A DNA stretch of 63,951 nt, the filler included, from Collodictyon triciliatum (lineage: Eukaryota), in assembly GCA_043381765.1 (NCBI GenBank). It is 7 parts of 7 records of this genome, joined end to end, with 100 filler letters (N's around TTAATTAATTAA, not from the genome) between each part and the next. Parts side by side here need not be neighbours in the genome. Positions count along the whole stretch, not along the records: positions 27,944 to 37,155 come from JBHJMP010003112.1; positions 37,256 to 46,468 come from JBHJMP010003113.1; 5 more parts are not named here. The stretch is one strand, 5' to 3'. The position numbers and the translations under genes were made by a program. Position 1 is the first letter of the stretch; every line of letters begins with the position of its first letter. Of the stretch, positions 31,101 through 46,288 are shown in pieces. Below the pieces are notes generated by a model, which saw nothing but the letters and a program-made list of their open reading frames with translations, did not search any database and was not told the DNA's origin.

Positions 31101-34100
31101 NNNNNNNNNNNNNNNNNNNNNNNNNNNNNNNNNNNNNNNNNNNNNNNNNNNNNNNNNNNNNNNNNNNNNNNNNNNNNNNNNNNNNNNNNNNNNNNNNNNN
31201 NNNNNNNNNNNNNNNNNNNNNNNNNNNNNNNNNNNNNNNNNNNNNNNNNNNNNNNNNNNNNNNNNNNNNNNNNNNNNNNNNNNNNNNNNNNNNNNNNNNN
31301 NNNNNNNNNNNNNNNNNNNNNNNNNNNNNNNNNNNNNNNNNNNNNNNNNNNNNNNNNNNNNNNNNNNNNNNNNNNNNNNNNNNNNNNNNNNNNNNNNNNN
31401 NATCTTGGCTAAGGACAATCCATTTGTGCTCGATTTTTTTGCCTTCAGTCTCTCCGAACTTACGAATGTGAAGATAGCCTTTCCTCACCACAGTGACACT
31501 CTATTGTTTCAAAATAACACTCTCAAAGCTCATTTCTTTCATAAAGAGTCGATAATTTTCTCTTTTCCCATTTCTTTAAAATGAATGTTCAGTTTGTAAA
31601 TGTCAAATGAACACATTTTTGTATTAGACTTTGTATTAGACTTTGAAGGAGTCCAAAAATAATGAAGAGAGGGGATAGCTGCAGAATAGACATACCTTAG
31701 CACTTCGGATAACAGCGGCAATATTTTGTTCGTATTCTTGCACGTCGACATTACTGTCGACTGTGAAGGAAGCGCTGGTACCGTCAGAAAAGAAAATGAG
31801 AATGTTGCGATCTTTTACGCGAATGGTAGATTTGGCCAACGAATACGAGACGATTGGATTGACATCCTAGGGACAGTTATTCATGTGGTTTATGGCACTG
31901 ACCGAACTAAAGCGAGAATATGTGTAGATCGTTGTTGATGGCATTCTATCATATTAATTATAGTATAAAAATATATACCCAAGAGTTTGTTTGTTTGTTT
32001 GTTTGTTTGTTTGTTTGTTTGTTTGTTTGTTTTTTCCAAAAAGCTTACTCCTTCCTTATGGTATAAAGACAAGTGCCCATCCGTTGCGATAGCCCAATAT
32101 CGTCGATCTCGAGAGAAATATGACTTCCTCGGTTCGATTAGGTAACCTGTCCACCGATTATCAGTTCCCTGATTATAAAGATGTATCATATCATAACTAT
32201 TGTTTTAGCTGATTATACTGTTAAACAATATTTTGCGAATTTTTTCAACTCTATGGTATGTCATGTAATGAATGGGAATATGAGGTACATCAAAGAGTTG
32301 TCTTCATTTGAAATGTGTGTATGAACTCGACGTACTTTAGCATGTATAATGGCCATTTCGATATATTGTATCCATATAGAAAACGATTCAGAGTTGAGAC
32401 ACTGCAGATCATAACTCCCTTCATTTGTCTTGATAATGAAAACCAATTCACGGCCCGGTATTTTGGATTTGTTTACGCGCATTTTTTTCAATTCAAGTGA
32501 AATTGAGGCTGCAGCCTGACACAAAAAAATATATATTTAAAACAGAATTAGTTCGGAATTGAGTAGCAAGTTAAACCCATACATGAGTCAAGACTCGCAA
32601 ACAAACAAACAAACAAACAAACAAACAAACAAACAAACAAACAAACAAACAAACAAACAAACATATAAAAGGTAACATTAGCTCAAGGCAACACGGAGTG
32701 CATCAGGGTGAGGGTTAAGTGTTATTTAGCAATATCACACCACACAAACCTGCGAATCACGAGAGCGACGGATTTCGAATGATGTATCTGTTAACGTGCA
32801 CCAACTAACAGATATGATTTCTCCTTTCTTGTTCTGGGCGAGGTAACCCTCGTACTTCACATGGAAATTCTTTGGGTGCTATTGAGAAACGGATACATAT
32901 TTGAATATATATGAACGGAAGTATAAGAGAGTGATTGTTTAGCGTGCAAACATGAAGGAGGCCAGAGAAACTGTGTGCTTCAAACAATTCTGATGCAATT
33001 GTTTCCATCCACCATTCGGTGGCTTCGGAACCATCAGATACAATTTGGATAGACGATGACACGTTTGTAAAGGTCATGGTCTTCTTCTCGGGAGTCATTT
33101 TCTTAAATTCTACAAAGGCGGAATCGAGGGCCAAGTTTTCCAATACTTCCTCCTAGAATAATAGAAGTTGACAAAAAAGACAAGGTGTTTTGAATTGTAA
33201 TTGGTTTACACGCATATCTGAAAAAAGGGAAATATGTATCAGCAAGAGACGAGAGAAATGGAAATGATAAATAAGAGGGACCACAGTGGCCCATGGAGCA
33301 CATAGAAGTGATCTTAATATAATGTCCTTTCCATTTATTTGGCACGCGAGAAATAATAATAATAATTGGTGACCCATACAGATTGAGAGTAAATTTTTAG
33401 AGCCCAATTTTCGATAACTCCTGTCACGCCATCTATCATGGAATCGCTGCCAGCTTTTTTGTAAGAAAGTCGACCAAGATTGATGGTGTACTATTGTAGT
33501 CATTATCTCTAATGAATCTTTTAGAGTGGGAGATATTGCAAAGCAGTAGCAGTAGTAATAGTAGCAACAACAACAACAATATCATTAATAGCACCACCGT
33601 AACATTACTGAAAAATAATCTCAAGTAAAATATTTACACTTCCAAGTGTTTTCTCTGGTGGAAGCTCAGTGTCTTCCGAGTAGACTAGTTTGTGTTTTAC
33701 GATTAAAATAAAGAATAAAGATTTTGATAAATTATGAAATCAGGTATAATCATGTGTGAACATATCGATTATGGCACACGAAAGATATATAAACATGTAT
33801 AAAAGTATACACATTATACAATCTTCAAATAAGAAGACTTGAGACAGGATTACACAAAGAAGAGATGGGACTTACGAAAGCGAGACTTTAGGAAATCTAA
33901 AGGAGATGCAGCCTGTGCGACTTTCTTTTTTATGTTGTCTCCTGCCACATTTGCATCGATTTCTTGGGCCATTTGCTGAATATTCCGAATATTTTCGTTG
34001 TCAGTCTGCGCAACGACAGCTATGGCGCTTGCAAAGAGACCCGCCATTCCAACGGTCGGGATACTCTCTTCTTCCTCCTCCTCGCCCCAAATGTAGGACA

Positions 34101-35170
34101 GGAAACCCCATCCCTTCTCTTTCTTTGGTGTTTGGGCCGGTTTCGAGGACTTCTAAGATGGTTGTCCATGAGCCAAATGTCCACAGTAAAATAAATTCAA
34201 GCGACAAATAATATTGAAGAAAATAAAATAGACAATGGGCTGAATAACGAAGTGAATTCTTGTTAATAAGAAAAAATTACATATAATAAATATGTAAAGG
34301 GGAGGACAAATGATTTGCGACAGTGCAATGAAACAAACACAAGGAGAGAAAGGAAAGAAAAAAGTGTGAGAGAAGAAAGGATAAGGAACAGTGATTATGA
34401 TCGATCATACTCTAGAAGATCCTGACGACGAAGCGGCAGAATTGGTAGCCCGGCCAGTTGTCGATTCAGTCGCGGTTGAGCTCAAGCTGAGGGACAAAGG
34501 ACCCGCCTTCTAGAATCCAAGGCGACAAGAGATTCAGCAAACAATACCTTCCACATATTATTTCTTTCTGCATTCGTGTATATATATATACAAATAAATT
34601 CGTAAATGAATATGAGAAAAAAAGAAAAAAAAGAAAAAAAAGAAAAAAAAGAAAAAAAAGAAAAAAAGAGAAAAAAAGAGAAAAAGAGAGAAAAAGAGAG
34701 AAAAAAGCAAAAAGCAAAAGACAGAGAAACAGAAAGGGCCAGGAGAGGGGGCGGACAAGTGGACGGTCGAAAAGAACCTGCGCAGGCCTCGCAGCAGCTG
34801 GGGAGGCGACGGAGGGTTCGGCGAAGGACTTTTGGCTGAGCGGGGTGGTCGGAGACGCCGGGGCCACCGGGGACGCGGGTGTGGAGAAGGAGCGGGGCAG
34901 CGTGGCGAGAGACGTGACGCGGTCGTGCAGGTCTGCGAGGGTTTTGCGGTGGCGCGCGTCTTGGAGCCAGTCGAGCGGCGGCAGCGCAGGGACAGGGACA
35001 GGGGCAGGGGCAGGGGCAGGGGCGGTGTCTGCGGCCGAGGCAGAGGCGGTGTGGTCGCGGGTTGGCGACGAGGCGGCGGACGGGGCGGCGGAGGCAGAGC
35101 CCACCAGCTCCAGTGTCTGCGCGACGCTGGCGAGGTAGCTGAACAGCGGGGCGAGATCCGCTTCGGACAT
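28195..35170 (-). CDS. Multi-PH-domain protein fused to a C-terminal actin-like domain; 3' end and one internal exon block missing
   Basis: Actin fold: PIVFDNGAAYLRVGLA..PAYVFPS, VLLTEPP, LFETFEVP, TTGLVVDIG, FRAPELLFRPS, NIILLGGTTSMRG. PH-like segments: KYEGYL...WIQYIEMAI, WTGYL..RRYWAIA, VRKGYLHIRK..KWIVL, EWWMETI. GC-rich first exon MSEADLAPLF. Confidence 0.75.
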
Positions 35171-35371
35171 GGCGCTGCGTTGGTGGCAGAGGCGTTGTGT
35201 TTCTCGTTTTGTTTCTTTTTTTTTTTCCTTTTCTTTTCTTTCTTTTCTATGCGTAAACTAATGTCTTTTCTATTCTGCAATCTTTTTATTATTGTTGTTA
35301 TCATAGTTATGGGTTTCTTTTCATTTTTCATTTTTGTTTTTCATTTATGTTTGTTCGTCCAGTTTTTCCAT

Positions 35372-35450
<79 letters not shown>

Positions 35451-36398
35451 CCTGTTTTTTCTTTTTTTTTTTTTTTTTTTGCTATTTAAAAGGGCTTGTG
35501 CTCTGTGTTATTTCGTGTCGGTAAGGAAGAGTAAAAGTGGACAGGCTCTTACAAGAGCCGGGGTTGGTTGGGTTAGGGCGCCAATGAAAAGAGAGGGCGG
35601 TGCAGAAGAGAAAGGGCGATTAGGTCGATCGCCAGAGGCTTGCTGTCTGCAGATGCCGAGTAGAAAGCAACAGGAAGGATCAATGCCCGTATCCCGCATG
35701 GCTGGTTGGAGTTTGTTCGCCGCCCAGTCTTTCCCTTGGATTTTCTTCTTTTCAAATATCATCTGGCCGTATTGCGCCTCATTGTTGAGATTGGCTCATG
35801 TGCTGTATAATAAACACATCCACACACAAAACACCGCAACACAGCACGAAACCTAGACATCAAAAAATAAAAGGGGAAGGGTCGGAGAAAAAGCAAAAGA
35901 ACAAAACAAATTACCAGATGTCACTCCTCTGCAAACGCGTTTTACTTCAAAATGCGTTTTATGGGCGCAAAAGGATATGTGTTAAAATTTCCTGATGTCA
36001 TCAGGCCTGGTGGGAGGCCAAACTAAGACTCAGGGGCTGCGTATGTGGCTGTTTTTGTTATAGGTTTTTCTTGGTTGCCGCACGAAAATGAGAGTGTCAA
36101 TGGACTAATGAAGGAATTGATGTGGAAATTATGCGAGCGCTTTTGGCAGATAGCCCGAGGAACAATAGGCGAAAAAGGATATATTTCGTTGGGAATTGCC
36201 CTTTTATGGATGTGGATTTTAAGAATCCGGATTCCTTAGCTCTCATCATTTGTGGATGAAATACTTTGAATCGAATAAAGGAAAAAAATCATTTGTGGAT
36301 GAAATGAATGCAGGGCGTAGCATATATCTTGTTGGGGCTGACCAACAGATGCATCACAAGCAACGTCACGATATCGGGTGCTGTTCTTATTGGCTTTA

Positions 36399-36525
36399 CT
36401 AGAAGGAGTATACCAATTGAAAGGTTGGTAAACCTGGTTTGCTGGTATCCAAGGTCTCACCACATTTTTCACAAAGGTTGTGTAGTGGCGAAGGCTGCCT
36501 GGAAAGACCCAACAGCCTGATTTTT
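36399..36525 (-). ncRNA. Putative Fanzor omegaRNA scaffold (copy A)
   Basis: Non-coding 3' region conserved with copy B; nested stems are preserved despite substitutions. Confidence 0.65.
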
Positions 36526-37053
36526 TTAAAGCAACGTGTGTGCATATTTTGAAGGGTTAAAAGAACTTTCTTGAGTATATTATTAGAGCTGATAAAGTCC
36601 CTTGTCAAGAATACAATTTGTTTGCTTTCTGAGCGATTACATTCTCTACATATGAGGCATCTATACACCTTTTTTTGTATTTCCTTTCGGTATCATATAT
36701 TCCAGTTCTTTTTCGCCGTGGCAACACATCTTGGAGGTTCTAAATCCATTTACAATAACTGGTTCAAAACGTTTGGGTAATACTTTTCGTAATCCTCTTC
36801 CGATTGTTGGCATAAAATGCTTCATCTGATATTTTCTGCTCCAGCCTCCATACGCCAGTACAACATCCTTGCCAAATGCCTTTTCGATTCGGTCCATAAT
36901 CAATTGTTCACTTCCTTTTGTATAAACATACCGTATCCATCTCATCTTTCGAAAAGTCACTTGTTCATAAAATCTGAATAATTCTATCTGGTATCTTGAT
37001 TTCATAGATACATATTTCCGAAATTTTTCATAATCGACCGTGCATGAATTATG
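36399..37053 (-). mobile_element. Fanzor1 element copy A, 5'-truncated (RuvC-II, Zn finger, RuvC-III, omegaRNA region)
   Basis: KMRWIRYV...KDVVLAYGGW...VNGFRTSKMCCH...YRCLICREC...TRDFISSNNIL. Colinear with 44231-44885. Ends in a hairpin plus CTAG. Confidence 0.88.
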
Positions 37054-37312
37054 CGAAACAGCCGGTGAGATTCTTCGACTGACACTCAAGACGGCTGCAG
37101 CTGTTGGCCCAATCCAGGCGATATTTGGGCCTCTGCAACAGCTGCGTCCAGATGCNNNNNNNNNNNNNNNNNNNNNNNNNNNNNNNNNNNNNNNNNNNNT
37201 TAATTAATTAANNNNNNNNNNNNNNNNNNNNNNNNNNNNNNNNNNNNNNNNNNNNAAAAGACAATAAAAAAAGACAATAAAAAAAGACAATAAAAAAAGA
37301 CAAAAAAAAAAG

Positions 37313-37410
<98 letters not shown>

Positions 37411-37617
37411 CAAAAAAAAAAAGACAATAAAAAAAAGACAATAAAAAAAAGACAATAAAAAAAAGACAATAAAAAAAAGACAATAAAAAAAAGACAATAA
37501 AAAAAGACAATAAAAAAGTCACAACAAAGTCGATCGATACTTCACATTTCAACGTCGCTTGTGTACGAATTGCTATCATTTCTTATGCCCCGATTTTTGA
37601 ACGACATCTCTTGCAGA

Positions 37618-41608
<3,991 letters not shown>

Positions 41609-42509
41609 GGAGCCATTTATCTTTCTATTATTTATTATACATACTCATATACGCATGTGCACATAATAACATGTACATATTCTCTCGTCCTGGCTCTGCT
41701 CCGGGCAAATAAATAGCTGTCTTGACAAGCATCAAACACGGCAATAATGATATTTGCTCTTAAAAAAAATCAAGAGAGAAAAAAAAAGACAAGATTAACT
41801 ATCTTGTTTAATTATCATTATAATTATTTTAGCAAAACCGACGTGCGAATAAGAAGGCAGCCAAGAAGCGCAAGAACAAGTAAGCCCGAGGCCACTGCGG
41901 AGAACTGTCTTTTCCGAGCGACAAAGTGGAGACTTGCCCACCAACACGGAATCAGAGGATACAACGACACGACAACAAAAGATCAGCAGCAAAGCAGACT
42001 TTGGATAAACCCGCCACGGCTTTGTTTCCTTCCTCACCCGCTCGTGCGTTTCTCCTGCAACCGGACACAACTCCCCAACACAAAAGTTGCAGATTCATCC
42101 CCGGCCAGCAAGGGCAGAGGAAAACAACAGGGCGCGGCGGCAAAAGGGCAGGAACAAGAGTCCCTCCGCGACCTACTTGCAAAGGACAAACTCGAAGCAC
42201 ATGGTTGCAGCAGGTAGGGTTTTATTCTGTGCCGCAGAAGCCCGCCTAGATCAAGGCAAGCGCCGAACAAAGAAGCGAGAAGTGGGCAGAGGAACAAAAG
42301 GCAAAGGACGAAAGACAGACTTTTACATGAACGAGAGACCGCCGATCCCACAAGTCGCAGCCTTCCTCTGGGCGAGAGCCTTTTGCAGCATAGCGTGGCG
42401 TTGTTTTTGGAGAGAAAGAAGAAGGATAGAAGGAAAAAGAAAGAGAAAGAGAGAAGGAAGCAGGGGTAAGGCTGCCTTTCAAGCAAGCAAGAGCGGCGGA
42501 CGGCGTCTC

Positions 42510-43492
42510 TTAGATCAGAAGCTTCTCGACGGCGTCCTTCATGCTGGTGATCTGGGAGGCCAGCTGCGACTTTTCGTTCGAGAGAATCACTGCCGTGATC
42601 ACGGGGCGCGTCACGCCGCAGGCACGGCCCAGGGCCTGGCGCGAGGGCACGAAGACGTACGGGACGTTCTGTGTGGGTATGCCAAGCGTGGAGTTGGGGT
42701 GTGCAAAAAAAAGAAAGAGGGGGTTGGGTTAGGATTGCGGGTAGGGTTGGCTCGGAGGTTGCCTGGTTCGGGTATTGTGAGGAAGGCGTGCTTCTTGTTG
42801 CTGCGTTGGAAAGGTAGGCGGAGTATGCAAAAGAAGAAGAAAAAAAGGAAAGAGAAAATAGACAAAAAGAAAAAAAGAAAAGAAAAAAAGAAAAGAAAAA
42901 AAGAAAAGAAAAAAAGAAAAGAAAAAAAGAAAAGAAAAAAAGAAAAGAAAAAGAAAAAAGGAAAAGAAAAAAGAAACCTTGTCTTCGCAGAGGAGAGGCA
43001 GGTGGAGAAGGATTTCAAGCGGCTCGGTGTCTGCTGCGAGGATAACAAGCTCTGCAATGCCGCGATTCAAGGCTTTGGTGGCTGCATCAGAAAAATAAAA
43101 GAAAAAGGGACTTAATTGGGAGCGAGAAAAGAAAAAAAGGAGAAAAAAAAAAGGGGCGAGTCGATCTTATTCTATATACAGCGCAATCGTGCGTGTGGGT
43201 TGTAGGCCGTGTGATGGCTTTCAAGTCCACGTACCTTCATTCGCGCCTTTCTTGATTTGCTTGTAGTTGACGGCTTGTTGGGTAAGATCAAGAAGCTTCG
43301 TGCTGAGCTGGGCGTTGGCCAGGGGGTATGCTTTGGGGTTGACTTCAGTGGCGGACTAGAGTAAGGCACACCAAATTAACGACAGCGGGCTCATAAGGGC
43401 AGAAAAGACACACAGGGACTCTATTGCTTGCGTAAGTTGGGCATGCTGTGAGGTGGGCTCCAGTTAAGGAGTCAAAGTTGTCGGCTTACCAT
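42510..43492 (-). CDS. SNU13: Snu13/15.5K (NHP2L1) L7Ae-family K-turn-binding protein, 4 exons
   Basis: Spliced translation [99 protein letters not shown]...VEKLLI*. All introns are GT-AG. Confidence 0.96.
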
Positions 43493-43840
43493 AGTTTTGC
43501 GAAGGGTGGCTTAAGATGCGCTGGTTATAAGGCAGGAAGAAATAATTAGTAAGGGCCGGTAAGAAACTTTGCAGCTGATCTAGCTGCGTGACGTTAAAAG
43601 CGCGTTGAAGAGCCACACGGAGCAAAACCAAGTTCCTTATTTTCGTAAAACGTGACCCGCACGACAGTCGCGTTCCTTGCGCAATAGGGAAAAAAAGGTG
43701 GGGAGGGAGGGAGAAAAGAGGGCAAGAGAAAGGGAAGAGATAGAGCTGCAGAGAAAAACCTCTATCAATTACACTTTTCTGGGTTGCTAGGGTTTGCTCT
43801 CTTTCTCTTTCACTCACTCTCACCCGTTGAACCGCCTGCC

Positions 43841-43927
43841 TTGAAGTGATGATCAGCTGTTCTCATTTGTTGCTGATCCATCAAACACAAGCGCCTGTGA
43901 AGCTGTTGTGTAGGAAACTCTGATTGG
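43841..43927 (+). ncRNA. Candidate box C/D snoRNA
   Basis: Box C GTGATGA (43846), D' CTGA (43873), weak C' TGAAGC, and D CTGA (43920). The D' guide GTTCTCATTTG is complementary to the conserved LSU rRNA segment CAAAUGAGAAC. Confidence 0.4.
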
Positions 43928-44230
43928 AATCTCGGCTTTGTGTGGTCTGCAACATATGTGGAATTTATAACGTGCGTTCGTATGTTGCGGGTAAGCGAAA
44001 AATGGAATGAATTTAAGCGCACAAATCGCGCGACAGCAACTACAACCCGACACTCAGGAAAGGAGCTGGCTTCTACTCTCGAAACGTCTAATCGACCCTG
44101 CATGCACAAAGGCATGTAATTTGTATCTAAAGGGGGATAAACTGCACAAAGACGGACTGTTTCATGGCACAGATGCAATGTAATCATTAATCAGATGGGC
44201 CGATGCAAGCTCGATGTATTCTATATGTAC

Positions 44231-44355
44231 CTAGAAGGGTATACCAATCTTTCGATTGGTAAACCTGGTGCGCTAGTATCCAGGGTCTCACCACTTTTTT
44301 CACAGAGGTCGTGTAGTAATGAAGAGTGCCAGGAAAGACCCAACAGCCTTTTTTT
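44231..44355 (-). ncRNA. Putative Fanzor omegaRNA scaffold (copy B)
   Basis: Minus-strand stems GGGTCT/AGACCC, CATTAC/GTGGTG, CACG/TGTG, CCTGG/CCAGG and TACCAATC-GAAA-GATTGGTA. Confidence 0.65.
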
Positions 44356-46234
44356 TTTTAGAGCGAGTTGTATGCATATTTTGAAGGATTAAAAGAACTT
44401 TCTTGAGTATATTATTAGCGCTCTTCAAGTCCCTTCTCAATAATAAACTTTGTTTGCTTCCTGAGCGATTGCATTCTTTACATATGAGACATCTATACAC
44501 ATCTTTTGTAGTTCCTTTCAGTTTCATATATTCCAGTTCTTATTCGCAGTCACAGCACACTTTGGAGGTTCTAAATTCATCTGGACTAACTGTTTCAAAA
44601 CGTTTGGATAGTATTTTTCGTAATCCTCTTCTGATTGTTGCCATGAAATGTTTCATCGGAGATTTTCTTCTCCAGTCTCCATATGCCAGTACAACATCCT
44701 TGCCCAAATGTCTTTTCGATTCGGTCCATAAACAACTGTTCACTTCTTTTTATATTAACATACTGCCTTCATCTCATCTTTCGAAAAGTCACTTGTTTAT
44801 AAAATCTGGAAAATTCTATCTGGCATCTTGGTTTCATAGATACATATTTTCGAAATTATTCATAATCGACTGTGCATGAATTATGTTTACTCAATTCTGT
44901 CTCTAAATCGATTAAAGATACTCTTGATGTCTCAAACAGCTGATTCTCTTCAAAAGTCCTGTGACCAAAAAGAAATAGCACTTTGTAAATCTGTTGCCAT
45001 GTATATCCCTGAATTATTGTAATTTTTTCTTTTTTTCTCGCCCAAGAGTATGTTGTGATTTTTAAGAAATTTGCTATCATGTCTTGTTTGGTGTGTTGTC
45101 TAACGTAATTTCTTGCCTGCCTCATCCTTCATGTAAACCATATTAAACTCGCCTGCGTCCACTCCAACTATTTTTTGTCGCTAATAAAGATAACTGCTCT
45201 TCGGAGAGTTCATCTAAATAAACATAATCTTGGGGGTTTGATTTATATTTGAATTTTGAATTTGAAATACCTTTCTTTACAAACAATAATGACACTGCCA
45301 AGCCGTCTGTTTGTATCATGTATTTGAAATCGTATTATCTTTGATGAAAAACTCTCTTCTTCATTTAAAAATAATCATCTCATAGAGTCTCTTTGCATCC
45401 TGATATATTCTTCAGTAATAATGTTTTTACAGACAATACTAATAGATCTATCAAACATGCGTTATCTAGAGTAATATGGCATGATATATTGTTAGTTATA
45501 GAGATTGGTTGAAACAGTTTGGTTCCAATGTCCTCAAAAAAATGCGATTCATGTAAATCACACATGGAATGTACTTGTTTGGGTTGACTTTGACGTCATA
45601 TTCGATACCATTTACAATATCGCTGGGAATGATACGATGCAAATGCATTTTTAACCCATCCTTTATATTGTAACAGTATTTCGAGATTCTCGAAGATGGC
45701 TTTTTTTTAACTTTCATAACTCTGCCTTTTTAATAGCTTCCGTCATATTCTCACCTTTAGGAACTGTTTGATTTATAAAGCGCAGCAACCTCTTTACAAA
45801 ATGTTCCTTAATGTTATTATGATAAGCTTTTAAAATTAGCTTCGCCAGGTACGGTGATACATGAGACAGTCTAACCAACGGAAAGCGTTCTTCTAGGGAC
45901 AAAAGGAATCGAAAATCATTGAGATAAAAAGTCATCATGTCTTTACTCATTTCTGGATGTTAAAAATTTGTGGGTCTATCTTATGAAACTACTACTGCCT
46001 TTAAAGCGTACAAGAAAACTTTTCATCGATTGTTGGGAGTTGTGATTTCAGTATGTAGCATCTTGCAAACAGATAAGTGTCAGTAACCAAATTATGACAC
46101 AATAAAACCGTATCGTTGATTTTGTAATAGTCATCCGCATTCTTTACAATCGACTTTAGAGATGTTTTCACATTTCGATAGTCTGGTTTTACATACTTTA
46201 GATTATCAGACTCAAGATGTTTTCTTTTCTTCAT
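44231..46234 (-). mobile_element. Fanzor1 element copy B with a near full-length but frameshifted, stop-containing Fanzor ORF
   Basis: N-terminus YRNVKTSLKSIV..KIND.V..CHNLVTDTYLF; YMIQTDGLAVSLLF; RuvC-I KKIVGVDAG (about 45150-45178); RuvC-II PDEFRTSK; Zn finger CCDC/CLICKEC; RuvC-III RRDLKSANNIL. Confidence 0.92.
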
Positions 46235-46280
46235 GTGAAAGTCTTTGTTTTACTTTTTCATTTAGAAAACCACCGAGTTT

Positions 46281-46288
46281 TCAATTTT
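46281..46288 (-). promoter_or_regulatory. AAAATTGA motif (mimivirus early-promoter-like) about 47 nt upstream of the Fanzor ATG
   Basis: Exact octamer on the coding strand. The motif also occurs elsewhere in the window in unrelated contexts. Confidence 0.3.

Noticed and set aside
34558-35524. Overlapping 230-257 aa ORFs
   Set aside because: These are alternative frames of one GC-rich exon extended by poly-A/T tracts.
35988-36006. Minus-strand CTGATGA...GAAA as a second hammerhead
   Set aside because: The intervening CATCAG cannot form stem II; it pairs with the core itself.
36245-36305. 18-bp direct repeat ATCATTTGTGGATGAAAT near the Fanzor end as a mini-array
   Set aside because: There are only two copies, outside the shared element boundary and absent next to copy B; probably a local duplication.
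42087-43115. 342-aa plus-strand ORF
   Set aside because: It is the antisense shadow of GC-rich SNU13 exons and a purine-rich intron.
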